Assembly (NCBI GenBank): GCA_965248835.1
Contig: CBDFLJ010000002.1
Location: 2,496,001-2,560,000 of the forward strand
Direction: 5' to 3'
Source of the DNA: Alphaproteobacteria bacterium
Lineage (GTDB): Bacteria > Pseudomonadota > Alphaproteobacteria > MPNO01
Length of the DNA: 64,000 nucleotides
Positions 38,597 through 48,604 of the stretch are shown here, piece after piece; position 1 is the first letter of the stretch; each line of letters opens with the position of its first letter. Below the pieces are notes generated by a model. It saw only the letters and a list, made by a program, of their open reading frames with translations, was not told where the DNA came from and ran no database searches. The position numbers and the translations under genes are program-made.

Positions 38597-40336
38597 ATGC
38601 TCACTAAGCTCATCATCCGTAACTTTAAACGCTTTGGAGAGGTCGAGATCGAGCTGGGAAATCCAGTCGTGTTCATCGGCCCAAACAACTCGGGGAAAAC
38701 GTCAGCGATGCAAGCGCTGGCCCTTTGGGACATCGGGTTGAAACGATGGAACGAGAAGCGCGCCGGAAAAAGCGCGCCGGAGAGACGCCCAGGCGTTACG
38801 GTAAACCGCAAGGATCTGCTGGCCATCCCTCACCCGAGCGCGGCCCTGCTTTGGCGCGATCTCCACTTGCGAGACGTACGGAGGGTCGATGAACGCCAGC
38901 GGACCGAGAATGTGCGGATTGACCTGATCGTCGAGGGGATCAGCAAGGACAGGGCTTGGACCTGTGGTCTCGAGTTCGATTACGCCAACGAAGAGTCGTT
39001 CTATTGCCGGCCTCTGCGGCTTGACGAGGGCAAGTCGCCAGAGCGGATGCCGGTCCCGAATGAGGCCGGGTCGACACAAATCGCCTTTCTTCCCCCCATG
39101 TCCGGCCTTGCGGCTACGGAAACGCGGCTCGATCAGGGCGCCGTAAACGTACGAGTCGGCGAAGGCCGCACCGCCGAAGTTCTACGCAACCTCTGTTTCA
39201 GTATCCTGAACGAGACCCCTGACCAATGGGCGTCTCTTGTGGAACGGATCAAGGCGCTTTTTGGCGCTGAACTTGACGAGCCCCGCTATGTTGAACAGCG
39301 GGGAGAGATCACCATGGGTTATCGAGAGCACGGCTCGACCCTCGACCTGTCTTCAAGCGGCCGAGGCTTGCAGCAGACCTTGTTGATTCTGGCCTATATG
39401 TACGCCAATCCGAGTGCGGTCATCTTGTTGGACGAACCCGACGCACATCTCGAAATTCTTCGCCAACGTCAAATCTATGCTCTGATAACGGAAATAGCCT
39501 CGGATCATGGCAACCAGATCATCGCTGCAAGTCATTCGGAGGTGCTTTTGAACGAAGCCGCCGAGAAAGATTTGGTTATCGCCTTCGTCGGCAAGCCGCA
39601 TCGGATCGGGGATGAAAGAAGCCAAGTGCGAAAAGCACTCGTGGAAATCGGGTTTGACCAATATTATCAAGCTGAACAGGCCAGATGGGTTCTTTATCTC
39701 GAAGGTTCGACGGATTTGGCAATATTGCGTGCCTTCGCCAAGCGCCTCGGCAACGAAAAAGCGATCCAGGTCCTTGAACGACCCTTCGTGCACTACGTTG
39801 CAAACCGACCGCGCGCGGCTGAACATCACTATTACGGTCTCAAGGAAGCGCTCCCCGACCTCCGAGGGGTAGCCATCTTCGATCGTCTCGAAGACGATGC
39901 GCGGGACGGAGGACCGCTCCACCGCCTGATCTGGAAGAGACGGGAGATAGAGAACTATCTATGCACTGATGCCACTCTTGAAGCATATGCGACCGCATCT
40001 GCTAAGGAGGCGGCACCGGAGCCTCTCTTTACACAAGCGGAGATCGATAAGCGTCAGGGAGCGATGCGCGAGGCCGTAGCCGAGGTCAGCAAGGCCTTGG
40101 AGACGCTGGGCAAAGGATCGCCTTGGGATGCCGACGTGAAGGCGAGCGATGATTTTCTGGCTCCTGTTTTCAATGCTTACTTTGAAAAGCTTGGGATGCC
40201 CAATCTCATGAGAAAAAAGAACTTTTATGAACTCGCCGAACACGTTCCAGAAAACGAGATAGACCCCGAGATCAATGAAAAGCTGAACGCGATTGTCAGC
40301 GCGGCGGAGAGCGCGATACCCAAGGACGATGTGTGA
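38597..40336 (+). CDS. ABC-type ATPase fused to TOPRIM domain (OLD-like ATP-dependent nuclease)
   Basis: IRNFKRF, Walker A GPNNSGKT, SSGRG, Walker B LLDEPDAHL, ASHS, TOPRIM YLEGSTD..FDRLED..REIENY; AAGGAG RBS. Confidence 0.8.
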   Translation: MLTKLIIRNFKRFGEVEIELGNPVVFIGPNNSGKTSAMQALALWDIGLKRWNEKRAGKSAPERRPGVTVNRKDLLAIPHPSAALLWRDLHLRDVRRVDERQRTENVRIDLIVEGISKDRAWTCGLEFDYANEESFYCRPLRLDEGKSPERMPVPNEAGSTQIAFLPPMSGLAATETRLDQGAVNVRVGEGRTAEVLRNLCFSILNETPDQWASLVERIKALFGAELDEPRYVEQRGEITMGYREHGSTLDLSSSGRGLQQTLLILAYMYANPSAVILLDEPDAHLEILRQRQIYALITEIASDHGNQIIAASHSEVLLNEAAEKDLVIAFVGKPHRIGDERSQVRKALVEIGFDQYYQAEQARWVLYLEGSTDLAILRAFAKRLGNEKAIQVLERPFVHYVANRPRAAEHHYYGLKEALPDLRGVAIFDRLEDDARDGGPLHRLIWKRREIENYLCTDATLEAYATASAKEAAPEPLFTQAEIDKRQGAMREAVAEVSKALETLGKGSPWDADVKASDDFLAPVFNAYFEKLGMPNLMRKKNFYELAEHVPENEIDPEINEKLNAIVSAAESAIPKDDV

Positions 40337-40496
40337 CCGCCGCGGAACATCGGGGCCTTCTTTACCGCACTCGGATGTCGGGGACGCCGCCCTTGCCCGG
40401 GTCGCGGGTCTCGGTCGATGCAAAAAAGAACGCCGACCGCATTCTTCCGGGAGCGGCCGTGTCGGCTTGGCGGCGTCGATCCGAATGGAACGGGCG

Positions 40497-42584
40497 CTAA
40501 ATCCGCGCGGTCCACAGGCGCAGGGCGTTGGCGATGACCGAGACCGAGCTCAGGCTCATCGCCGCGGCGGCGATGATCGGGTCCAGCAGGATGCCCGCGG
40601 CCGGATAGAGCACGCCGGCGGCGATGGGCACGCCGAGCGCGTTATAGACAAAGGCCAGGAACAGGTTCTGGCGGATATTGGCCATGGTTGCGCGGCTGAG
40701 CCGCCGGGCGCGGGCGATCGCAGCCAGATCGCCTTTGACCAGGGTCAGCCCGGCGCTCTGCATCGCGATGTCGGTGCCGGTGCCCATGGCGATGCCGACA
40801 TCGGCCGCGGCGAGCGCCGGGGCGTCGTTGACTCCATCGCCCGCCATCGCCACCACCTTGCCTTCGGCCCGAAGGCGGCGGACGATCTCACCCTTGCGCG
40901 CGGGCAGCACCTCGGCCTCGACATCGCCGATGCCGAGCCGGGCGGCGACCGCGCCTGCCGTCCTGGCGTTGTCGCCGGTGAGCATGATGATCGCCACGCC
41001 CGCGCTGCGCAGCGACTCCAGCGCCGCCGGCGTGGTCTGCTTGATCTGATCGGCAACCGCGATCACGCCGCCCACCGCGTCGTCGATGACAACGAACACC
41101 ACCGTCGCACCGTCGTCCCTCAGGGCCTCGGCGCGCGGCCCCATCGCGCCCGCGCCGACGCCGAGATCGGCCAGCATCGCGTCGTTTCCCAGCGCCACCG
41201 TCCGCCCCGCAATCCGGCCGCTGACGCCCTTCCCGGCCTGCGAGGCGAAACCCTCGGCCTCCTCGAGGCCCAGGCCGCGCTCTTGCGCGGCGGCGAGGAT
41301 CGCACCGGCAAGCGGATGCTCGCTGTGGCGCTCAAGGCTTGCCGCAAGCTCCAGCAGGGTCTCCTCGGCCAGGCCTTCGACGCAGGCGAGCGCGACGACC
41401 GTCGGCTTGCCTTCGGTGAGCGTGCCGGTCTTGTCGACGACCAGCGTGTCGACCGCGCCCAGCCGCTCCAGCGCCTCGGCGTCGCGGATCAGGACGCCGG
41501 CATGGGCGCCGCGGCCGGTGCCCACCATGATCGACATCGGCGTCGCCAGGCCCAGGGCGCAGGGACAGGCGATGATCAGCACCGAGACCGCGGCAAGCAG
41601 CGCGAATGCCATCGCCGGCGGCGGGCCGAGGACCGCCCAGGCGATAAAGGCGATCACCGCGACCGCGATCACCGCGGGCACGAAATAGCCGGCAACGACA
41701 TCGGCCAGGCGCTGGATCGGCGCGCGCGAGCGCTGCGCCTCGGCCACGAGCTGGACGATGCGCGCGAGCATGGTGTCCGCGCCGACCCTCCGGGCGCGCA
41801 TCACGAAGCTGCCCGTCCGGTTCAGCGTCCCGCCGATGACGGGCGCGCCGGGAGCCTTCTCGAGCGGGATCGCCTCGCCGGTGACCATCGATTCGTCGAC
41901 CGCGCCGAGGCCTTCCAGGACCACGCCGTCGACCGGGATTCTGTCGCCCGGACGCACCCGCAGACGATCGCCCGGCTGCACCGCATCGAGCGCGATCTCC
42001 TCGTCCTGCCCGCCGTCGGTCACCCGCAGCGCGGTCCCGGGCGCCAGATCCATCAACGATCGCAGGGCGTGCCCGGTGCGCTCGCGCGCCTTGAGCTCCA
42101 GCACCTGGCCCAGCAGCACCAGCACGATGATCATCGATGCCGCCTCGAAATAGACCGGGACCGCGCCGTCGGGACCGACGAACGCCGCCGGGAAGTTCTG
42201 CGGCACGGCGGTAGCAACGACGCTGTAGCCGTAGGCGACGCCGGTCCCCAGGGCGATCAAGGTGAACATGTTCAGGTTGCCGGTCACGACCGAGGCCCAA
42301 CCGCGCCGGAAGAACACGGAGCCGCCCCACAGCATGACCGGCGTGGCCAGCAGGAGCTGTATCCAGACCGAGACGGCGGGCGCGACGATGTCCCCGACAC
42401 CGATATGGCCCCCCATCTCCAGCACCAGGATCGGCACGGTGAGCGCGCCGCTGATCCACAAGCGGCGCGTCATGTCGATCAGTTCGGGGTTGGGGCCGGT
42501 CTCGACCGTGACGTCCATCGGCTCGAGCGCCATGCCGCAGACCGGGCATGGCTCGGGCCCGTCGGTCACGACGTCAGGGTGCAT
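40497..42584 (-). CDS. copA: Cu(+)-translocating P1B-type ATPase (start uncertain)
   Basis: (YTCP)[46 protein letters not shown]. Confidence 0.9.
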   Translation of the reverse strand: MHPDVVTDGPEPCPVCGMALEPMDVTVETGPNPELIDMTRRLWISGALTVPILVLEMGGHIGVGDIVAPAVSVWIQLLLATPVMLWGGSVFFRRGWASVVTGNLNMFTLIALGTGVAYGYSVVATAVPQNFPAAFVGPDGAVPVYFEAASMIIVLVLLGQVLELKARERTGHALRSLMDLAPGTALRVTDGGQDEEIALDAVQPGDRLRVRPGDRIPVDGVVLEGLGAVDESMVTGEAIPLEKAPGAPVIGGTLNRTGSFVMRARRVGADTMLARIVQLVAEAQRSRAPIQRLADVVAGYFVPAVIAVAVIAFIAWAVLGPPPAMAFALLAAVSVLIIACPCALGLATPMSIMVGTGRGAHAGVLIRDAEALERLGAVDTLVVDKTGTLTEGKPTVVALACVEGLAEETLLELAASLERHSEHPLAGAILAAAQERGLGLEEAEGFASQAGKGVSGRIAGRTVALGNDAMLADLGVGAGAMGPRAEALRDDGATVVFVVIDDAVGGVIAVADQIKQTTPAALESLRSAGVAIIMLTGDNARTAGAVAARLGIGDVEAEVLPARKGEIVRRLRAEGKVVAMAGDGVNDAPALAAADVGIAMGTGTDIAMQSAGLTLVKGDLAAIARARRLSRATMANIRQNLFLAFVYNALGVPIAAGVLYPAAGILLDPIIAAAAMSLSSVSVIANALRLWTARI

Positions 42585-42615
42585 CGGGCAGGTATATCGG
42601 GATCCGGTGATGGGG

Positions 42616-43164
42616 CTAATCCATACCGCGCTCGGCGGTGAACGCCCGGCGCCATTCCGACATCGGCCGGAAGCTCGGGTTGTCCTTGACCAGGTCCTCG
42701 GTGAAGCGGTGGATCGCCTCGTCGTCGAGCGAGATATCGAACGGCACGCCGAACGGCTGGTCGATATACCAGGGCGTGTCGACGAACGCCTCGGTCCGGT
42801 TGCCTTCGGGATCGTGGGCGTAGACCGACCAGGTCATGCCGTGGGTGATCGGGGTGATCCGGTCGACCCCGGGATAGGCCTGGAGCGCGCTATGGATGCG
42901 GCGCAGTCGGTCGATCGAATCGAGCCGGAACGAGACGTGGTTGTGATGGACCACCTGGCGGTCGGCCGTTCGGCCCGCGTAGAGCACGAGCTGGTGGTGA
43001 TCGGCCGGGTCGGCGGCCAGGAACGTCACCTCGCCGCGGCCTCCGATATGGCCGTGATCGCTGATCTTCAGCCCGTAGACCGAGGTGAAGAAATCGACCA
43101 TCAGCGCCATGTCGAAGACATGGAACCCGGCATGGCTGAGCGAAATCGGAGGCGTCGCGGTCAT
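42616..43164 (-). CDS. Single-domain VOC/glyoxalase protein
   Basis: LSHAG, HHQL, NHVSF, THG..SVY.HDPEGN..E. Confidence 0.85.
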   Translation of the reverse strand: MTATPPISLSHAGFHVFDMALMVDFFTSVYGLKISDHGHIGGRGEVTFLAADPADHHQLVLYAGRTADRQVVHHNHVSFRLDSIDRLRRIHSALQAYPGVDRITPITHGMTWSVYAHDPEGNRTEAFVDTPWYIDQPFGVPFDISLDDEAIHRFTEDLVKDNPSFRPMSEWRRAFTAERGMD

Positions 43165-43187
43165 GCCGGCTCCTCGTCCGGTCCGCG

Positions 43188-44297
43188 CTATTCGGCCGCG
43201 GCCGGGCTGGAGGCCAGCGCCTCGTTCAGCCGCGGCATGACCTGTTCGGCCATCAGTTCCATCGAGCGCCTGGCCAGCGCCGGATCGACCCAATCGTGAC
43301 CGGCATAGATCAGCGTTCCGAAATCGCCGGTCCGCTCGCGGAAGGCGAGGATCTGCTGGACCACGGACTCCACCGTCCCGGCGATCACCAGCCGGTCGAC
43401 GACATAGTCGAGCGTGACCTCCTCGTCGCGCATCGACGGGTCGTGCTTGAAGAGGTTCGACCGGCCGGCCGCGATCAGCTTGTGCATGAGCTGCTTGTAG
43501 TAGAACCGGTAGGGGCTGTTCTCGGCCTCCAGGGCGTAGGCCTGCGCGGTGGCTTCATCGCCTGCGACGAAGATCGACTTGGCGATACGCCAATTGGCCG
43601 GGTCGGCCGGGCGGCCCATGCGCTCGCAGCCATCGACATATTTGGGCCAATGGCTGGCCACCCATTCGGGCATCAGGAAGTTCGCCGAGATCGGTTCCCA
43701 GCCGCGCGCGGCCGCTTCGGTCACGCCCCGGGAGAACGGCTCCACCACGGTGACCACGATCGGCGGATGCGGCTTCTGGTAGGGCGTGACGATCACTCCC
43801 TGGCCGATCTCTTCGATCAGCGTCTCCTCGGTGGTGACGTTCCAGTACTTGCCCTTCAGCCTGTAGGGCGGATCGGTCGACCAGATGGCGAGCACGTGGT
43901 TGATCGATTCTAGGAACATCGCGTTCCGGTCCGCGTTCAGGATGCCCAGCGCCTCGGCATCGGACTTGAGCGCGCCGGGGCTGATCCCGAACAGGAACCG
44001 GCCTTCGAGCAGGTTGTCGATCATCGCCACCTGGCCGGCGATGATCGCCGGGTGGTTGAGCGACATGTTCACCGTGCCGCTGCCGAGCACGATGTCCCTG
44101 GTGTCGTGCGCGAGGCTGGCCAGGAACATCAGGCACGAGGTCACCGTCTCGGCCCGGTCGGTGACGTGCTCCCCGACGAATGCCTCGGCGAAACCCAGCC
44201 TGTCGGCCAGCAGGATCGCCTCGCGGTCCTCCTTCAGCGTCTGGGCATAGTTCCGCTCCGGCGGGTGGAGCGGCATGGTGAAATAGCTGAGTTTCAT
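43188..44297 (-). CDS. Luciferase-like (LLM) flavin-dependent monooxygenase
   Basis: FTMPLHP, GEH, HPA, GRF.FG..PGAL.SD, PYQKPHPP. Confidence 0.88.
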   Translation of the reverse strand: MKLSYFTMPLHPPERNYAQTLKEDREAILLADRLGFAEAFVGEHVTDRAETVTSCLMFLASLAHDTRDIVLGSGTVNMSLNHPAIIAGQVAMIDNLLEGRFLFGISPGALKSDAEALGILNADRNAMFLESINHVLAIWSTDPPYRLKGKYWNVTTEETLIEEIGQGVIVTPYQKPHPPIVVTVVEPFSRGVTEAAARGWEPISANFLMPEWVASHWPKYVDGCERMGRPADPANWRIAKSIFVAGDEATAQAYALEAENSPYRFYYKQLMHKLIAAGRSNLFKHDPSMRDEEVTLDYVVDRLVIAGTVESVVQQILAFRERTGDFGTLIYAGHDWVDPALARRSMELMAEQVMPRLNEALASSPAAAE

Positions 44298-44315
44298 GGG
44301 CGCGGCGGTCCCGCG

Positions 44316-45257
44316 TCAGGGCGATTCGTGTTCGATGAAGGCCTGCGGCACCGGCTCGCCCCACTGCGAGCCGAGCGCGTCCTCGGCCGCGACAAGGTTG
44401 GGCGGGGTGTCGCTGTTCAGCCGGTCGGAGTCCGTCCAGTGCTCGTGCACCCTGCCCCACGGATCCTTCCAGTAGTCATAGACCTGGGAGCCGAGGACGT
44501 GCCGGCCGAGGCCCCAGACATGCTCATAGGCTTCGGTGGATTTGAGGTATTCGTGGCCGGTCACCACGTCATCGATGTCCTGGACCTCGAAGGCCATGTG
44601 GTTGAGCCCCGCGCGTTCTCCGCCGACATAGAGAAAGACGTGGTGGTCGACATATTCCTTGCCGCGGTCGACGCGGTTGAACGACAGGATGATGTTGCCC
44701 TTCTCCCCGGCATAGACGTCATCGGAGCAGATCAGGCCCAGGGTCTCGCGCACCCAGGCGATCGAGCGGGGCAGGTCCGGCGTCTTCATCACGCCATGAC
44801 CGATACGCTTGACCCGGGACGCGCCGCCGGCGAGCCGGGTAAGCTCACCCTTGCGGTTGAGCCGGCCGCCGCTATCGTTGATCGCAAACCGCTTGGTCTC
44901 GATGGGCGCCAGGTTCTCGATGCCCCAGACGATCTCCATCTGATAGCCGTTGGGCTCCCGGAGCCGGACACGCTTGCCGCCGCCGGGCTCGTCGATGTCC
45001 TCGACAGCGGACGCGCCGTTGACCTTCGAGACCCGCTCGAGGTCCTCTTCGCTCGCCGCGTTGAAGGCCAGCCCGATGAAGCCCGGATCGCCGAGCTCGG
45101 TGATGTGGACATGATGCTCCGGGTCGGTGCCGCGCATGTAGAGCGCGGTCTTGGTCCGGTCCGCCCGCACCATGCCGAAATCGGTCAGGAATTTCTCCTG
45201 CCGGTCCAGGTCGGGCGAACCGATCCGGCCGTAGGCGATGTCAGTGATTTTGATCAT
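44316..45257 (-). CDS. Two-domain VOC extradiol dioxygenase-like (trihydroxytoluene oxygenase-like)
   Basis: FLTDFG, RIGHG, DHH, NHMAFE, WGLGRHVLGSQVYDYWKDPWG..HEHW. Confidence 0.85.
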   Translation of the reverse strand: MIKITDIAYGRIGSPDLDRQEKFLTDFGMVRADRTKTALYMRGTDPEHHVHITELGDPGFIGLAFNAASEEDLERVSKVNGASAVEDIDEPGGGKRVRLREPNGYQMEIVWGIENLAPIETKRFAINDSGGRLNRKGELTRLAGGASRVKRIGHGVMKTPDLPRSIAWVRETLGLICSDDVYAGEKGNIILSFNRVDRGKEYVDHHVFLYVGGERAGLNHMAFEVQDIDDVVTGHEYLKSTEAYEHVWGLGRHVLGSQVYDYWKDPWGRVHEHWTDSDRLNSDTPPNLVAAEDALGSQWGEPVPQAFIEHESP

Positions 45258-45378
45258 TCTCGATCGCTCCCAATCGTCGATTGCTGGGCATGCCTGTTGG
45301 GGCGATATTAGGACCAAGCTGCCCAGATCCCAAGGATCAATCGGGCGGCGGTAGTGAACCGACCGACAGGAGGCGATC

Positions 45379-46164
45379 TTGGATCTCGGACTCAAAGGCA
45401 GGAAGGCCGCAATCAGCGGCGGCAGCGACGGGCTGGGCTTCGCGATCGCGATGGGGCTGGCCGCCGAAGGCTGCGACATCGCGATTTCGGCGCGCGGCGC
45501 CGACCAGCTCGCCAAGGCGGCGGAGGAGATCGGGTCCAACGGCGTCAACGCCGTCGGCGTGCAGTGCGACATGTCGACCGCCGAGGGCTGCCAGAGCTTC
45601 ATCGACCAGGCGATCGAAGGCCTTGGCGGGCTCGACATCCTGGTCAACTGCGTCGGCGGCATGACCCCGGGGACGCTGGACTCGCTGACCGGCGATCAGT
45701 GGAACGAGATCATCAACCGCAACCAGATGGCCTATGTCCACACCACACGGGCGGCGATCCCCCATCTGGAGAAGTCCGATGCCGGGCGAATCCTCAACCT
45801 GAGCGGCATCTCCGGCAAGCAGCTCATGCCGGGTTCCTATTCGACGGCCCTGCCCAACGCGGCGATCAACGCGCTGACCAAGCTGACCGCCGGCGACCTC
45901 GCGGCCAAGGGGATCACGGTCAACAATTTGTGCCCGGGCCTGGTCGACACGCCGCGCTGGGGTCCGCGCCGCGAGGCGATGGCCAAAGTCCGCAACGTCA
46001 CGGCCGAGGATATCCGCACCCAGTTTGCCGGCAACACGCTCCTGGGCCGCTGGGGAAAGCCGGGCGAGATCGCCGATGTCGCGGCCTTCCTGCTGTCGCC
46101 GCGCAACAGCTACATGACCGGCTCGACGATCGAGGTCTGCGGCGGCTGGGGAAAGTATTTTTAG
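45379..46164 (+). CDS. SDR oxidoreductase
   Basis: MDLGLKGRKA.ISGGSDGLG, LVN, VNNLCPG..DT; YxxxK not canonical. Confidence 0.85.
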   Translation: MDLGLKGRKAAISGGSDGLGFAIAMGLAAEGCDIAISARGADQLAKAAEEIGSNGVNAVGVQCDMSTAEGCQSFIDQAIEGLGGLDILVNCVGGMTPGTLDSLTGDQWNEIINRNQMAYVHTTRAAIPHLEKSDAGRILNLSGISGKQLMPGSYSTALPNAAINALTKLTAGDLAAKGITVNNLCPGLVDTPRWGPRREAMAKVRNVTAEDIRTQFAGNTLLGRWGKPGEIADVAAFLLSPRNSYMTGSTIEVCGGWGKYF

Positions 46165-46225
46165 ACAAACCGGGCCATCGGCCGTGCTAGGCTCGGCCCG
46201 ATCGATGAACGACGCGGAGGATAGG

Positions 46226-46741
46226 ATGGCCGCAGAAACCGCAATGCCGGAGGTCGAAATTGCATCGGAGCCGGCGCTCAAGCTCAACTTCCTGTCGCAC
46301 GGCACGCTGGAGTCCAGGGACCTCGAAAGGGCGCGGGCGTTCTACACCGAATTCCTCGGCCTCCAGGTGGTGCGCACCAGCCCGATCTCGCTGCTGATCC
46401 GCCTCGGCGGGCCCAATACGATCGCCGTCGTCGAGCAGAAGAACCGCACCGAGGAGATGCCGCTGCTCAACCACAACGGCCTGGACGTCGAGACCCAGGA
46501 AGAGGTCGATGCGGCGTATGAGACCGTCGCAGCCAATGCGGAGAAGTGGGCGCTGCGCAAGATCACCAAGCCCAGGCTCCAGCACGGCACCTACAGCTTC
46601 TTCTTCTGGGACATGGACAACAACTGCTGGGAGATCCTGACCAACCCGGCGGGCGGCTATAGCTGGCTGTTCAACCAGGGCGATCAGGAGGGCAAGGGGC
46701 ACCTCGACAAGAACTTCGCCCGGCCCGGCACGAAGACCTAG
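46226..46741 (+). CDS. Single-domain VOC protein
   Basis: LSHGTL, NHNGLD, QHG.YSF.F.D.DNN.WE; GGAGG RBS. Confidence 0.85.
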   Translation: MAAETAMPEVEIASEPALKLNFLSHGTLESRDLERARAFYTEFLGLQVVRTSPISLLIRLGGPNTIAVVEQKNRTEEMPLLNHNGLDVETQEEVDAAYETVAANAEKWALRKITKPRLQHGTYSFFFWDMDNNCWEILTNPAGGYSWLFNQGDQEGKGHLDKNFARPGTKT

Positions 46742-46783
46742 AACCTCTTCCGAACCACCGGCCGGGGCCGAGGGGAGGCAGCA

Positions 46784-48482
46784 ATGGCCAAGGCGGCACG
46801 CCGGCGCCCGAAGGCGGGCGCGTCCGGCAAACCGTACGCTATGCGCGTGGATTCGGATGTCTACGTCACCATGCGCGACGGCGTGCGGATCGCCGTCAGG
46901 ATTTACCGGCCCGATGCACCGGGCGCATTCCCGGCTCTGTTCGCCGCCTCGCCCTACATGTATGCGACCGACGACCTTCCGCATTCGACCCAGTTCCTGT
47001 GGCGCGAGGTCGGGCCGGTGTCCTGGTATGTCCAGACCCACGGCTACGCCTATGTCCATGCAGACGTGCGCGGCTCCGGGAAGTCGGAGGGCGTCTACAA
47101 CTTCCTCGATAAGGAAGAGCAGCAGGACTACTACGAGATCATCGAGTGGATCGGCCGCCAGGACTGGTGCGACGGCAATGTCGGTGGAATTGGGCAGTCC
47201 TACTACGCCTGGTCCCAGTGGTTCATGGCGATCGTCGGCCCGCCCAGCCTGAAATGCATCGCGCCTTACGACGGCGCCGTCGATATCTACCGCGGCACCG
47301 CCTATCACGGCGGGATCTACTGCGATTTCATGACCTGATGGTTCAACATCGTGCGCGTCAACAACCTGCACCGCGCGGCCAACGGACCGGACGGCAAGGC
47401 GATGCCGCTGGACATCGGTTGGGAGGTCCAGCGCCGCCAGACCGATGACGACTGGTGGCGGGAACGCTCGGCCTACCGGCGGCTCGGCGAGATCAAGATC
47501 CCGGTCCTGTCGATCGGCCACTGGGGCAAGATGGGCCTGCATTTGCGCGGCAACATCCTGGGCTACGAGGAGGTGAGGTCGCCCAAGCGGCTGGTGGTGA
47601 CCGGCGCGCGCGATGTCTTCGAAGCCCATGACTATTTCGACCAGGTCGCCTACCACGAAGCCGAGCTGCTGCCGTTCTACGACCGCTATCTCAAGAGCAA
47701 GCGCAACGGCTATGAGCGCCAGGCTCCGGTCAAGCTCTATGTCCGCGGCGCCGAAGCCTACCGCGAGGAGCGCGAGTGGCCGCTCAAGCGCGCCAGGATG
47801 ACGCCGTTCTACCTGGCGCCCGGCACCAGCGGCAGCGTGACCTCGCTCAACGACGGCACGCTTTCGACGAAAAAGTCGCCGGCCAATGGCGGGGCAACCT
47901 CCTATAGCTATCCAGACCACAACTGGAAGCTGGGCGTGGCGGCGATCGGTCCGCACGGTCCCGATCCGGTGCGCGGGGTACTGAGCTTCACCACCGCGCC
48001 GATGCGCGCGGACCTCGAGGTCACGGGGCCGGTCATCCTCGAGCTCTACGCCGAGTCGACGGCGACCGACACCGACTTCGTGGTCCGGATCGCCGACCAG
48101 TTCCCGCAGTCGCCGGAGGACCGAAAGGCCGGGCTGCAGCCGACGGCGGTCAACGTCTCCAAGGGCTGGCTGCGCGCCTCGCACCGCGACAAGGATACCG
48201 CGCGCAGCACCGCGCATCGGCCGATCTACACACACCGACCCGCAACCGATCACCCCGGGCGAGATCTATCGCTACGAGATCGAGGTGATGCCGTTCTCCA
48301 ACGTCTTCAAGAAAGGCCACCGGATCCGGCTGGAGATCGTCAACGGCGATTCGATGCTGACCGACGCGTTCTTCACCCACCAGTATCTCTGGTACAAGGT
48401 CGGCACCGACACCTTCCACCACAGCGCCGGGCATGCCTCCCGTCTGTTGCTCCCGGTGGTCCCGGCCAAGGCCGGCAGATAG
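46784..48482 (+). pseudogene. CocE/NonD-family serine hydrolase, in-frame stop plus frameshift
   Basis: MRDGVRI, DVRGSGKSEG, GQSYY; TGA at 47336-47338 (DFMT*WFN); frame change at ACACACAC 48228-48235 (YTH/TDPQPITPGEIY...FKKGHRIRLEI). Confidence 0.85.
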
Positions 48483-48604
48483 ACCTGCTGCCATCGGATC
48501 GCGCCGGGGCGGCCCCGTCTCAGATCCCCGGCCGGAACGGGATGCCGAGCGAGACCGGGCGGCGAAAACCTAATCGGGCCCCTCTGGGGCGGCAACAACG
48601 GGGG

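Noticed and set aside
47336-47338. TGA as selenocysteine or recoded Trp
   Set aside because: The site looks like a Trp position, TGA is the real stop of many genes here, and the gene carries a second lesion
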